The notes beneath the pieces were generated by a model. That model did not search any database. It was not told where the DNA came from and saw nothing but the letters and a program-made list of their open reading frames with translations. Position numbers and translations under genes: made by a program. Shown here one piece after another: positions 25,442 through 35,809 of a stretch of DNA of 64,000 nucleotides (position 1 is its first letter; each line of letters starts with the position of its first letter). The stretch is from Chloroflexota bacterium (GTDB lineage: Bacteria > Chloroflexota > Dehalococcoidia > DSTF01 > RBG-16-68-14), in assembly GCA_003228685.1 (NCBI GenBank), contig QIFC01000096.1, positions 49,309 to 113,308 on the forward strand, written 5' to 3'.

Positions 25442-26797
25442 ATGCGGAACAAGATTTTCCTATTCGTGCTGGCGTCCGTCCTGGCGTTCATCGGAACGGC
25501 CTGCGGCGGAGATGCTGATTCGCCGCCGGCGAGAACGACAGCGGACGGGCCGATCAACGTCACGATGTGGCATTCCATGCCTGATCCCGCGGGTGGTTCG
25601 CTCCAGCGGATCGTGGACGACTTCAACGCGTCCCAGGAGTTGTACAGGGTGGAACTCCTCTTCCAGGGTGGCTACACAGATTCACTCAATAAGCTGATCA
25701 ACTCAATCGGGACGCCCAACGTCCCCAACATCATCCAGCTCAGCGACGCTTCCACCCAGATCATGGTTGATAGCGGAGCGATCACGCCGATCCAAGGGTT
25801 TATCGACGAGGAGAGCTACGACCTCTCCGACTTCGAACCAAAGGCGCTCGCGTTTTACACGATTGATGACGTGCTCTACTCCATGCCGTTCAACATGTCC
25901 GGACCAATCCTCTACTACGACAGGGCCGCCTTCGAAGAAGCGGGCCTCGATCCGGACGATCCACCGTCAACGTTGGAGGAGGTGCGCCAGTACTCAGAAC
26001 AGCTCGCCCAGCAGGCAGGGGAAGGCGAAACGCAATATGGCATCTCGCTCGAGACCAGCGCCTGGTACTTCGAGCAGATGCTGGCCATAGGCGGCGCGCC
26101 CTTCGCGAACGGTGAGAACGGTCGGAACGAACGCGTCACTGAGGTGGTCTTTGACAACGAAACCGGCGTTGAGATCATCACATGGTGGGATGACATGGTT
26201 GAGGATGGGCTCGCGTATGACGCGGTCGACGCGATCGATTCGATGCTGAAGCTGGCCATAGGCGAAGCCGCGATGACGATCTCTTCCACGGCCGCGTTGC
26301 GGGCGGCTATCGCGGCCATCACCCTCGTCGGCCGCGATCCGTTCCAGTACGACACGGCACCCATGCCCGGCCCCGCGGGGGACGGTGGCATCGCGTTGGG
26401 CGGCGCGTCATTCTGGATTCTCAATGAGCGTGACGAGGAGGAGCAGCGGGGAGCGTGGGAGTTTCTGAAGTACGCCGCAAGCCCCGAGCAGCAAGCACAG
26501 TGGCACTCCGATACGGGCTATTTCCCGAACCGCGTCTCCGCCTATGCCGAGCCTCCCGCGGTTCGGGCACGCGAGGAGTTTCCGCAGTTCATGACGGCCA
26601 TAGAACAGCTACGCGCGTCGCCGGATACGACGGCGACTTCCGGCATACTCCTCGGGCCGCTGAACGCCGTGCGCGCCCGCGTCGTCGAGGCGTTCGACCA
26701 GGTGTTGGCCGGCGGCGGCGACCCGGCGACAGAGCTGAAAGCCGCTGTGGAAGACGCGAATGAGATTATCGAGGAGTACAACCGGACCGCGCCATAA
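25442..26797 (+). CDS. ABC transporter substrate-binding protein (family 1, sugar/glycerol-phosphate type), lipoprotein
   Basis: Signal/lipobox LAFIGTAC. NVTMWHSMPDPAGGSLQRIVDDFNASQ is typical of SBP_bac_1. Confidence 0.85.
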   Translation: MRNKIFLFVLASVLAFIGTACGGDADSPPARTTADGPINVTMWHSMPDPAGGSLQRIVDDFNASQELYRVELLFQGGYTDSLNKLINSIGTPNVPNIIQLSDASTQIMVDSGAITPIQGFIDEESYDLSDFEPKALAFYTIDDVLYSMPFNMSGPILYYDRAAFEEAGLDPDDPPSTLEEVRQYSEQLAQQAGEGETQYGISLETSAWYFEQMLAIGGAPFANGENGRNERVTEVVFDNETGVEIITWWDDMVEDGLAYDAVDAIDSMLKLAIGEAAMTISSTAALRAAIAAITLVGRDPFQYDTAPMPGPAGDGGIALGGASFWILNERDEEEQRGAWEFLKYAASPEQQAQWHSDTGYFPNRVSAYAEPPAVRAREEFPQFMTAIEQLRASPDTTATSGILLGPLNAVRARVVEAFDQVLAGGGDPATELKAAVEDANEIIEEYNRTAP

Positions 26798-26887
26798 AAC
26801 CCTTCCGGATTGACGCCCCAGTTTCGACGCCGATATAATTGCAACCCCGGCTATCGAACGGCTACTAGCTAGAGAAAGGTAGAACCC

Positions 26888-28066
26888 ATGGAAGAGGTCG
26901 TACTCGTCAGCGGCTGTCGAACCGCTATCGGAAAGCTCAGCGGTTCCTTTGAGAATATGCCCGCGTCCGATCTGGCAGCGGCCGTGATCAAGGAGTCGGT
27001 CTCCCGCGCTGGGATTGAGCCGGACCAGGTGGACCAAGTCATCTTGGGTTGCGTCGGACAGGTGATGGAGGATGGCTACATTGCCCGGCACGCCTCGGTG
27101 AAGGCTGGCATGCCGATCGAGGTGCCCGCGTACACCGTGAACCGCATCTGTGGCAGCGGGCTGGAAGCCATCAACACAGCCGCACGCTGGATTCAGACTG
27201 GAGACGCTGATGTGATCGTGGCTGGTGGCGCGGAGAACATGACGATGATGCCGTACTACCTTCGCAAAGCGCGCTCCGGTTACCGTCTGGGCCACGGCGA
27301 GCTGGAGGATGGCGTCATTCATCTACTCTCCGATCCGTTCAGCAAGGACCACATGGGAATCACGGCCGAGAACCTGGCCGACAAGTTCGAAATCGGCCGC
27401 GAGGAGCAGGACGAAGTCGCGGCTCGCAGCCAAGAACGAGCCGTAGCCGCGATCGAGGCAGGCAAGTTCAAGGACGAGATCGTGCCGCTCGAAGTCAAAG
27501 CCGGCCGAGAGACGAAGACGTTCGACACGGACGAGCACCCGCGCGCCAGTTCCAATAAGGAGGCGCTTGCGAAGCTGCGGCCGGCGTTTAAGAAGGACGG
27601 CAAGGTCACGGCAGGCAACGCGAGCGGGATCAACGATGGCGCCGCCGCCGTAGTTGTGATGAGCGGGTCGAAGGCCGGCGAGCTGGGCATCAAGCCCAAG
27701 CTGCGCATGGTGGCGCGAGCCGAGGCGGGCGTGGAGCCCTCGGTGATGGGCATGGGTCCCATTCCCGCGGTGCGGAAGGTGATGGACAAGGCAGGCATGG
27801 CCGTCGACCAGATGGACGTGATCGAACTGAACGAGGCTTTCGCGTCCGTGGCCGCCGCCTGCAGCAACGTGCTCGAGTTGGACCCGGAGAAGACGAACCC
27901 TAACGGCGGCGCAATCGCGCTCGGCCATCCGGTTGGCGCGAGCGGCGCGATTCTGACCGTGAAGCTGATGTACGAACTGGAACGCTCGCGGGGCAAGTTC
28001 GGGCTCGTGACTCTTTGCATCGGCGGTGGGCAGGGCATCGCGACGATCTTCGAGCGTGTAAGCTAA
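26888..28066 (+). CDS. Acetyl-CoA C-acetyltransferase (thiolase)
   Basis: VLVSGCRTAIGKLSGSF, active-site Cys regions NRICGSGLEAI and C-terminal GLVTLCIGGGQG. Confidence 0.95.
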   Translation: MEEVVLVSGCRTAIGKLSGSFENMPASDLAAAVIKESVSRAGIEPDQVDQVILGCVGQVMEDGYIARHASVKAGMPIEVPAYTVNRICGSGLEAINTAARWIQTGDADVIVAGGAENMTMMPYYLRKARSGYRLGHGELEDGVIHLLSDPFSKDHMGITAENLADKFEIGREEQDEVAARSQERAVAAIEAGKFKDEIVPLEVKAGRETKTFDTDEHPRASSNKEALAKLRPAFKKDGKVTAGNASGINDGAAAVVVMSGSKAGELGIKPKLRMVARAEAGVEPSVMGMGPIPAVRKVMDKAGMAVDQMDVIELNEAFASVAAACSNVLELDPEKTNPNGGAIALGHPVGASGAILTVKLMYELERSRGKFGLVTLCIGGGQGIATIFERVS

Positions 28067-28133
28067 GCGCGCGAAAGTCAGATCGAGAAGGCCGGGCAAT
28101 ATGCCCGGCCTTCTTTGCGTTTGATTTCAGCGC

Positions 28134-30581
28134 CTACGGGGGTAGCTGGCTGATGAATCCCGCGTCGAATTGCAGGATCAACGTGGCGTCTAGCGCGGTG
28201 ATGTCGCCGTCCTCGTTCACGTCAGCGCTGCTCGCGTTGGGCAGAGACGTGATCAGCCGTGCGTCGTACTGGAGGATGAACAGCGCGTCGACGCTGTTCA
28301 CGAGGCCGTCGTCGTTGACGTCGCCCAGCGGCTTGGTTGGCGTCGCCGTGCTGGTCGGGGTGTTGGTGGCTGTTGGAGTGTGCGTGGCCGTCGGCGTATT
28401 GGTGATCGTCGGCGTGTTCGTGATCGTCGGCGTGTTCGTGATCGTCGGCGTAGGCGTAATCGTCGGCGTGGCGGTGTTGGTTGGTGTCCCCGTGTCCACC
28501 GGTGTGTTCGTTTCTGCGGGCGTGGTCGTGATCGTCGGCGTGTCCGTGTCTGTCGGCGTATCCGTTGCCGCGGGCGTAGCCGACTTGAAGTAAACGTTCA
28601 CTTCCAGGAAGTCGAGGAATGTGTTCACGGGGCCGCAGGTGATATCGATATTCTTCACCATCACAACGAAGTTACCGTTGTCGAAGTCGGAGCCGATCCA
28701 GCCCCTCCCCCAGGTGTCCTGGCTACCTCCGAGCGTGTGGACTGCCTGGAGGTTGGTTAGCTCGATGGTCTTCTCCGAGGTGTAGGAATCGCCATCGTTC
28801 CATGAGAGGAGCACATCCAGTTCGCAGCCGGTCCCGTCTTCCGATGAGGCCTCAACTCGAACCTCGATGCCGGTGATCGCCGCGCTATCGTCGATTGAGA
28901 AACCAAAGTTGGAATAACCCTGTTCGTCCCCGTCGGTGGTCGACTTTGCGTCATCGTTGTCGCTCGCGAAGGCGTTGTCGGCATCGGTCCAATCATTCGG
29001 CTCATGAGTGGCGGACGGGGGGCTGAAGCCCTCGTCGTTGATCTCCTTATAGATTACGTTGACCTGCAGGAAGTCGACAAACGCATTGGAGTCATTGACA
29101 CAGCCGCCGGGTGTGTCATCGTTCGTGAGCTTGACCACGAAGTTGTCGTCGCTGAACGATGCGGCAGACCAATCGAGGGGGGCCCATAACTCCAGGTCGC
29201 CCCCGACTTCGGTTGTGGTCTGAACGTTCGTGAGGTCGATGCTCTTCGGATCGCTGTATGACGATCCCCCATCGCCTGAGAGTTCGACTAGAAGCTTGCA
29301 GCCGCCGTCGAAGTCCTCCGACGAGGCGTCGACTTGCACACTGATACCCATGATGATGGAGGCATCAGGCACGTCCAAGTCAAACCCGGAGTAGCCTTGC
29401 CGTTCTTCACCAATGTCCCCAATGGCGTCTTGGTCATCGTCGGCGAAGGCCAATTCGCGGGTCAGTTCGGGCCAGTCGTTCGGTTCGTGCGTAGCGGAGG
29501 GGAATGCCTTGCCCGATTGGCTCAGTGGCTTGTAGTAGACCTTGACAGCTACCAGATCGACGAACGTTTCAGAGTCGTCGGTACACCCAGACCCGGGGCT
29601 TTGATTGCGAATCTCCAACACGAAGTCCTCGTCGCTGAAGCTCTCGGCGGTCCAGTCGCCGCTCCCCGGCCACAAGTCTTCGGGGCCACCGAACGTATAG
29701 TCCTCGTCCGCGGCCGTAAGCTCCTCGGTCTCACGCGGGCTCCAGGAGGTACCGCCGTCGCCGGAGATGCGCACCTGGATCTGGCAGCCGTCCGCGTCCT
29801 CCGAGCGCGCCTCGACCAGCACTTCGATGCCGGTGATGAGCGAGGGGTCCGGCACCGAGAGATTAAAGTCGGTGTAGGCTTGGTCGGCTTCATCAACATC
29901 CGTGGTCGCGTACGCGTCGTTGCTGGTGAATGCGTTCTCCGGATCCGTCCATTGACTCGGGGTTGCAGTGGCACTTGGCGGTTGGAGACTCGTCTCGGTC
30001 AGCGACTTGAAGTAGACGCTGACTTGTACGTGGTCGAGTGAAGTCGTCGAGCCCGCAGTGCAGCCTGGGTCAAAGCCTTTGTTCCTTACTTGGGCGACGA
30101 AGTTTGCGTCGTCGAAGTCACCGGATTCCCATGCACCAACGCGGCCCCAAAGGTCGCTACTGCCGCCAACCGTATGGATCTGTTCGGAGCCCGTGAGGTT
30201 GACGTTCCTGAATTGAGGAGTGTATGTTGTGCCGTCATCCCATGACAATTCGACTTCGAGGTCGCAGCCCGCGTCGTCGCTTGAGAACGCTTCGACCCGG
30301 ACGGCGATGCCCAGGATGAAGGCGCCCGGCGGCACGTCGAGGCCGAAGTCGGAGTAGCCTTGCTCTGCGAGGTCTACGCTGGTGGTGGCGTAGGAGCCGT
30401 TGCTGGTAAACCCTCGGGTGGGGTTGACCCACTCGGTTGGCGCGTGTACGTCAGTGGGCGATTGGAAATCAGTATTGTCAGCGCTAGCCGTGCCTTGGAG
30501 TTGGGGCCAGACCAAGACCGTGACCACGACGGCCAGGATCGCGATGAGGCCGGCGCCTCTGAGCAGACGTGTGTGATTCAT
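28134..30581 (-). CDS. Secreted multidomain protein: 4x ~150-aa two-Cys repeat domain, a Thr-Pro-rich linker and a C-terminal type-I dockerin
   Basis: Start set at ATG 30581 (signal peptide MNHTRLLRGAGLIAILAVVVTVLVW, SD GGAGG). The ORF extends to 30746 but would overlap gmd. Four repeats each carry G[IL]xVxVEAxSxD..GC.[LI].V.[LI]S.DGG.S[YW]... then LW.......F.D.NFVV...N....C.....FVD.[LV].V.VY[YF]K. Linker PTITNTPTITNTPTITNTPT. Dockerin pair DVNDDGLVNSVDALFILQY / DVNEDGDITALDATLILQF. Confidence 0.8.
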   Translation of the reverse strand: MNHTRLLRGAGLIAILAVVVTVLVWPQLQGTASADNTDFQSPTDVHAPTEWVNPTRGFTSNGSYATTSVDLAEQGYSDFGLDVPPGAFILGIAVRVEAFSSDDAGCDLEVELSWDDGTTYTPQFRNVNLTGSEQIHTVGGSSDLWGRVGAWESGDFDDANFVAQVRNKGFDPGCTAGSTTSLDHVQVSVYFKSLTETSLQPPSATATPSQWTDPENAFTSNDAYATTDVDEADQAYTDFNLSVPDPSLITGIEVLVEARSEDADGCQIQVRISGDGGTSWSPRETEELTAADEDYTFGGPEDLWPGSGDWTAESFSDEDFVLEIRNQSPGSGCTDDSETFVDLVAVKVYYKPLSQSGKAFPSATHEPNDWPELTRELAFADDDQDAIGDIGEERQGYSGFDLDVPDASIIMGISVQVDASSEDFDGGCKLLVELSGDGGSSYSDPKSIDLTNVQTTTEVGGDLELWAPLDWSAASFSDDNFVVKLTNDDTPGGCVNDSNAFVDFLQVNVIYKEINDEGFSPPSATHEPNDWTDADNAFASDNDDAKSTTDGDEQGYSNFGFSIDDSAAITGIEVRVEASSEDGTGCELDVLLSWNDGDSYTSEKTIELTNLQAVHTLGGSQDTWGRGWIGSDFDNGNFVVMVKNIDITCGPVNTFLDFLEVNVYFKSATPAATDTPTDTDTPTITTTPAETNTPVDTGTPTNTATPTITPTPTITNTPTITNTPTITNTPTATHTPTATNTPTSTATPTKPLGDVNDDGLVNSVDALFILQYDARLITSLPNASSADVNEDGDITALDATLILQFDAGFISQLPP

Positions 30582-30717
30582 GTGGTGGCACCTCCCTGTA
30601 CGGGTGTTAGACGGGGTTACGCTGAATGTACTACCGTCTAATCCCATTGTCAACTGATCATAAGGGAACGCCCCCTCGACGCCCAAGCGTCGCACTTGTA
30701 CAATGCGGTCGATCACT

Positions 30718-31713
30718 ATGCCGACAGCCCTAATTACAGGCATCACCGGCCAGGACGGCTCCTACCTCGCGGAGCATCTGCTATCGCAGGGATATGCGGT
30801 TCACGGCATGGTCAGGGGCCAGGCCAACCCTAAGCGCCCGCTCGTCGAGGCGATGTTGCCTGACGTGCAGGTGGTCGAGGGCGATCTTCTTGACCAAGCA
30901 TCACTGATCAACGTCGTGCAAGCCGCACAGCCGGACGAAATCTATAACCTGGGCGCCATCAGCTTCGTGCCGCTCTCCTGGAACCAGGCTGAGCTGACTG
31001 CCGAGACGACGGGTCTGGGCGTGCTCCGCATGTTGGAGGCGATCCGTCTTGTGACAGGCGCGAGCCTGTCGCAGTCCGGCGGAGGCAACGGCATCAAGTT
31101 CTATCAGGCGTCCAGCAGCGAGATGTTTGGCAAGGTGCGCGAGAGTCCTCAAACCGAGATGACGCCGTTCTATCCCCGCAGCCCGTATGGCGTTGCCAAG
31201 GTCTATGGCCATTACATCACGGTGAACTACCGCGAAAGTTACGACCTGTTCGCCTGCAGCGGCATCCTCTTTAACCATGAATCGCCGCGCCGCGGAGTTG
31301 ACTTCGTCACTCGCAAGCTCAGCTTGGGCGCGGCTCGCATCAAGCTCGGCCTGCAGAACGAACTCTTGATGGGCAACCTTGCGTCGAAGCGCGACTGGGG
31401 CTACGCGCCGGACTTCGTGCGCGCGATGCACATGATGCTCCAACAAGACGAGGCCGACGACTACGTGATCGGGACCGGCGAATATCACAGCGGGTCCGAG
31501 TTCGCCGAGTTGGCGTTCAAGCACGTTGGCCTAGATTCCGGCGACTACATCAAGTCGGACCCGCGCTTCATGCGCCCCGCGGAGGTCGATCATCTCCTGG
31601 CGGATGCCAGCAATGCGCGCGAGAAACTCGGCTGGGAGCCCTCTGTGGACTTTCGGGAACTCGTGCGGATCATGGTCGAAGCCGATCTGCAGGCCGAGGC
31701 GAAGGCAAGCTAG
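30718..31713 (+). CDS. gmd: GDP-mannose 4,6-dehydratase
   Basis: [19 protein letters not shown], ...YASSSEMFG, ...[37 protein letters not shown]. Confidence 0.9.
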   Translation: MPTALITGITGQDGSYLAEHLLSQGYAVHGMVRGQANPKRPLVEAMLPDVQVVEGDLLDQASLINVVQAAQPDEIYNLGAISFVPLSWNQAELTAETTGLGVLRMLEAIRLVTGASLSQSGGGNGIKFYQASSSEMFGKVRESPQTEMTPFYPRSPYGVAKVYGHYITVNYRESYDLFACSGILFNHESPRRGVDFVTRKLSLGAARIKLGLQNELLMGNLASKRDWGYAPDFVRAMHMMLQQDEADDYVIGTGEYHSGSEFAELAFKHVGLDSGDYIKSDPRFMRPAEVDHLLADASNAREKLGWEPSVDFRELVRIMVEADLQAEAKAS

Positions 31714-31766
31714 CCGCCCGGCTCGAACAGAAGATCAGAGACGCCCCGGCCGTAGTCGGGGCTTTC

Positions 31767-32780
31767 GTGTGGAGGTGCCAGTTGGCGAAGGAAGTGCTGT
31801 CAGGGCTGTATCAGCTCAAAGTGCCGATCCCGAACAACCCGATCGGGTACGTGCTGCCGTATCTGGTTCCGGGAGATGACGGCTACACGCTTGTGGACTC
31901 CGGCTGGAACACCCCTGAGGCGTTCGCGGCGTTAGAGGCGGAGCTGAAGGAAGTTGGCGTCTCGTTCGATCAGATCAAGCGCCTCCTCGTCACTCACGTT
32001 CATCCGGACCACTATGGCCTCGCCGGGAAGATCAAAGAAGTGTGCGGGGCTGAAGTGATCGTCCACCAGCGTGAACGCGACTTTATCCGCAGCCGCTACC
32101 GCCAGCCGGAGCAGCTCTTGGAGCGCATGGCGAACTGGCTGATCGAGAACGGCGTCCCCGAAGGCGAAATGCCCGATATGCAGCAGTCGTCGATGCCAGC
32201 GCGGGCCTTCGTCGTGCCCGTCGACCCGGATACCGTGCTCTGGGGCGGCGAAACGCTCGACTTTGGGGTCTATCGCTTCGAGGTGTACTGGACGCCCGGG
32301 CACTCACCGGGACATATGTGTTTCTACGACCGTGCCCAGCGCGTGATCCTCACCGGCGACCATGTCTTGCCCACGGTGACGCCCAACGTCAGCCTCCACC
32401 CGCAGCAACAAGGCAATCCCTTGGGTGACTACCTGGCATCGCTGGAGAGGCTCATTCCGCTCGAAGTAGAGCAAGTGCTGCCGGCCCACGAGTATTCGTT
32501 CACAGACCTTCAGGGCCGTCTGCGCGAGATCGTCGATCACCACGACACGCGGCTCGATGAGATGCTGGCGATTGTTGGTGATGATGGCGCGACGGCCTAT
32601 GACGTAGCGTCCGGCATCGTATGGACGACCGGAACGTTTCAATCGTTCTCCCACTGGACGCGACGGGCCGCCATCAGCGAAACGCTCGCGCACCTGGAGT
32701 ACATGGTCTATCAGGGGCGGCTCCATCAGACCAAGGAAGACGGCATCGTCCGTTACGAGAGAGCGGAGCCGGAAGAGTAG
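31767..32780 (+). CDS. MBL-fold metallo-hydrolase
   Basis: THVHPDHYGLAG metallo-beta-lactamase motif. 337 aa. Confidence 0.8.
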   Translation: MWRCQLAKEVLSGLYQLKVPIPNNPIGYVLPYLVPGDDGYTLVDSGWNTPEAFAALEAELKEVGVSFDQIKRLLVTHVHPDHYGLAGKIKEVCGAEVIVHQRERDFIRSRYRQPEQLLERMANWLIENGVPEGEMPDMQQSSMPARAFVVPVDPDTVLWGGETLDFGVYRFEVYWTPGHSPGHMCFYDRAQRVILTGDHVLPTVTPNVSLHPQQQGNPLGDYLASLERLIPLEVEQVLPAHEYSFTDLQGRLREIVDHHDTRLDEMLAIVGDDGATAYDVASGIVWTTGTFQSFSHWTRRAAISETLAHLEYMVYQGRLHQTKEDGIVRYERAEPEE

Positions 32781-32833
32781 CGGTCCTTAAGCTGCCGTGT
32801 GTCCTCTTGGCGGCGCCGCCGCTTGCTCGCGGG

Positions 32834-34303
32834 CTAGCTCGTGAGGCCCGTAATCGCGGAGGCTTGCTTGGTGGGAAGCGTTTGCAGGTAGGCGTGTATC
32901 GTGGTCGCCGCCCGCCGTCCGTCGGCCAGCGCCGTCACCACTAGGTCCGCGCCGTTCACGCAGTCGCCGCCCGCGAACACGCCGGGTCGGCTCGTCTCGA
33001 ACGTCTCTTCGTTGACCGATACCTGCGACCATTGGTTCGTATCGATGCCGTCGGCCATGCGTACAATCTCGTCGTCCGTGCCGTAGCCGATCGCGATGAC
33101 GACGGTGTCCGCCTCTACGGAGAACTCTTCGCCGGTGGGCACGGGCCGCCTGCGTCCCGATTCATCGGGCTCGCCCAACTCCGTGCGCGAGAATCGCACT
33201 CGCTCGATGCTGCCGTCCGCACCCGCTTCGAAGCCTAGCGGCGACGCCAGGTACTCGAAGCGCACGCCCTCTTCGACAGCGTGGATGCGTTCTTCTATAC
33301 GTCCCTTCTGCTCCGCCTCCGTCCGCCGGTAGACGCAGGTCACCTCGCCGGCGCCCAGGCGCACCGCCGTCCGCACGCAGTCCATGGACGTGTCGCCCCC
33401 GCCGATGACGAGCACGCGTTTAGCATCCGGCAGCGGCCCGCGCATCCATTCCGGCAGCTGTTCGGGCTTCAGGTTGCCGCGTACCAGGTACTCGGTCGCG
33501 ATGATCACACCCGGCAGGTCGGCCCCCGGCGCGTCGAGCTGGTTGCCCTGGCTCGCTCCGAAGCCCAAAAAGACCGCTTGGTAGCCGCGCTCGAAGAGCT
33601 GATCGATCGTGACATCGCGGCCAACGTAGGTGTTGCCTTGGAACGTAATGCCAAGCTTCCAGAGATACTCCAACTTGGCATCCAGGATCTCCTTCTGCAT
33701 CTTGAAGTTAGGGATGCCGTACAGTAGCACGCCGCCGGGCTCCGCCCACGAATCGAAGAGCGTGATCTCGTGGCCCTTCTTCGTTAGCTCCTCTGCCACT
33801 GCCAAGCCGGCCGGCCCCGCGCCCACGACAGCGACGTGCTGTCCAGTGGCTGGCTCGACACCTGGCATGGGCAGACCCTCCGTCATGCGCTGCGTGTCGG
33901 TCACGAACGATTCCAGTTTCCCGATGGCGACGGGCCGCTGGGGCTTCATGTCCTCTGGGCGGATCGCGTACCCAACGACGCAGTCGCCTTCGCAGAGGCT
34001 CTCCTGTGGGCAGAGGCGCCCGCACATCTCAGGCAAGTTGCTCGTCTCACGGAACTTATTGGCGGCGCCAGCGACATCGCCCAGTTCCAACAGTCGAAAG
34101 GCGCCGGGTATGTCGTTGCTGACGGGGCAGGCGGTCTGGCAGGGGGCGTCGGGGCACTGGATGCAGCGGGTGGCCTCTATTTTAGCGCTCTCCAGGCTAA
34201 AGCCGAGGAACGTCTCCTGCCAATTTTGCGTGCGAACGCGAGGGTCCTGCTTCGGCGTCGGCTGGCCCTCGATCGTCAATCGTTCGTGCGTATCGTTTGT
34301 CAT
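32834..34303 (-). CDS. Glutamate synthase small-subunit (GltD)-family NAD(P)H-dependent oxidoreductase
   Basis: N-terminal Fe-S Cys cluster CIQCPDAPCQTACPV...CGRLCPQESLCEGDC, then FAD/NAD Rossmann VAVVGAGPAGLAVAEEL and a second VLVIGGGDTSMD. The ORF extends to 34330. The internal ATG at 34303 has GGGAGCG upstream. Confidence 0.8.
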   Translation of the reverse strand: MTNDTHERLTIEGQPTPKQDPRVRTQNWQETFLGFSLESAKIEATRCIQCPDAPCQTACPVSNDIPGAFRLLELGDVAGAANKFRETSNLPEMCGRLCPQESLCEGDCVVGYAIRPEDMKPQRPVAIGKLESFVTDTQRMTEGLPMPGVEPATGQHVAVVGAGPAGLAVAEELTKKGHEITLFDSWAEPGGVLLYGIPNFKMQKEILDAKLEYLWKLGITFQGNTYVGRDVTIDQLFERGYQAVFLGFGASQGNQLDAPGADLPGVIIATEYLVRGNLKPEQLPEWMRGPLPDAKRVLVIGGGDTSMDCVRTAVRLGAGEVTCVYRRTEAEQKGRIEERIHAVEEGVRFEYLASPLGFEAGADGSIERVRFSRTELGEPDESGRRRPVPTGEEFSVEADTVVIAIGYGTDDEIVRMADGIDTNQWSQVSVNEETFETSRPGVFAGGDCVNGADLVVTALADGRRAATTIHAYLQTLPTKQASAITGLTS

Positions 34304-34392
34304 GCGGTCGCTCCCGGAACGCGTGCGCAATTACGCCCGTTCTGAATGCTCTAGTGTATCAGAGTTTGAGAAATGCGCCGCGGTGGCCGAAG

Positions 34393-35694
34393 CTACGTCG
34401 AAGCTGGCGTCGAGTTTGGCAAATTCCGGCCCATGGCCTCCAGCATGTTCACGCGCGAACCAAGTTGGACGCCCAGGCCCGCCAGCAGGCCGAGGACGCG
34501 GCCTAGATAGAGGAAGTCGCCCGGCACGCTGACAACGGGGTTCTCGCGGATGATCTGCATCATGCTGTCCTGGAATTCGCTCATCAGCTCCCGGTTCTCG
34601 TTGAACTCCTTATTACGAGACAGCCTGGTGACCATCGCTTTGCCGATCGCATTGAACACCTCGTCGTCGTCGTATTTGGTACGGAAGCCCAAGTCTCTGA
34701 AGGCTTTCGGGAGGCCCTCCAGGTTTCCGCCGATTAGCGCGGTGACCAATGCGATGAAGCGGCCCAAGAAGCCTTCGGGGAGCTGCTTGGCGATCCCGAA
34801 GTCGACAATGACGAGCTTGGGCCCTGGCTGCACGAACAGATTGCCGGGGTGGGGGTCGGCGTGAAAGAACCCGTGCGAGAAGATCTGCTTGAAGTAGCTG
34901 TCCGTCAGCAACTGCGCTATCTGCTGGCGATCGATGCCGGCCGCGTCGATGGCCTCGAGGTCGGTGATCTTGATCCCGTCCACGAACTCCATCACCAGTA
35001 CGCGCTTGGTCGTGTGCTCCCAGTAGATCTTGGGCACGACGATGTTGTCTTGGCCGGCGAAGTTAGCCGCGCAGGCCTCAGCGTTGTGGCCCTCGTGGAT
35101 GAAGTCCAGCTCCAGCGGAGCGTTCGTGCTCAGCTCGTCCACCATGGACTGGAGGTCGTAGTCCTTCAGGACCATGCCGGCAACGCGCGTCAGTGCTCGG
35201 ATATTCTGGAGATCAACCCGCACGATCTCCTCGATGTCCGGGTACTGCACCTTGACGGCAACGTCGCGCCCATCATGCAGGCGGGCGCGGTGTACCTGCG
35301 CGAGCGATGCCGACGCGATGGGCTCGCGCGAGAACTCGGCGAACACGTCATCGATCTTAGCGCCTAGTTCGCGCTCGATGTGCGGCTTGATCACATGGAA
35401 CGGCTTCGGCGGGACAGTATCGTGCAGCGCGGACAGGACTTCAATGTACTCGTCTGGGACAACGTCCGCCCGCGCGCCCAAGATTTGGCCGAGCTTGATG
35501 ATCAGCCCTTTCAGTTCCGTTGCGGTTTTCAGGATGCTCTCAGCATTGCGCCTGTGAACTTCCGACAACTCCTGGTCGGAGATAGCGGGGTCGGCATTGC
35601 GAGTCTTCCAGCCGTGCCAGCGATACGCAACGAAAATGCGCGTCGCCGTCCTGCCGACGAGAGCCGAGCGGCGGAAGCGTTGGATGGCGTTCAT
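34393..35694 (-). CDS. ABC1/UbiB-family atypical protein kinase
   Basis: IASASLAQVHRARLHDGRDVAVKVQYP, ...HADPHPGNLFV, ...DFGIAKQLPE match the ABC1 kinase motifs. Confidence 0.85.
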   Translation of the reverse strand: MNAIQRFRRSALVGRTATRIFVAYRWHGWKTRNADPAISDQELSEVHRRNAESILKTATELKGLIIKLGQILGARADVVPDEYIEVLSALHDTVPPKPFHVIKPHIERELGAKIDDVFAEFSREPIASASLAQVHRARLHDGRDVAVKVQYPDIEEIVRVDLQNIRALTRVAGMVLKDYDLQSMVDELSTNAPLELDFIHEGHNAEACAANFAGQDNIVVPKIYWEHTTKRVLVMEFVDGIKITDLEAIDAAGIDRQQIAQLLTDSYFKQIFSHGFFHADPHPGNLFVQPGPKLVIVDFGIAKQLPEGFLGRFIALVTALIGGNLEGLPKAFRDLGFRTKYDDDEVFNAIGKAMVTRLSRNKEFNENRELMSEFQDSMMQIIRENPVVSVPGDFLYLGRVLGLLAGLGVQLGSRVNMLEAMGRNLPNSTPAST

Positions 35695-35809
35695 CCTTGG
35701 ATGATATCGGCATGCGTGCGCTGGTGGAATTGTGGCCCTGCTTGCGATGCCATCGGCAGGCGGTTAGAATGCGCCGAACACGAAACGCGACAACATAGGA
35801 GGTTGGCGC

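Noticed and set aside
28370-28560. Short-period DNA repeats resembling an array
   Set aside because: They encode the Thr-Pro-Thr-Ile-Thr-Asn linker of the dockerin protein. Unit is 21 bp with no spacers, so not CRISPR.
33630-34532. 300-aa plus-strand ORF antisense to the GltD-like gene
   Set aside because: Antisense to a gene with unambiguous Fe-S and Rossmann motifs. Ser/Ala/Pro-rich.
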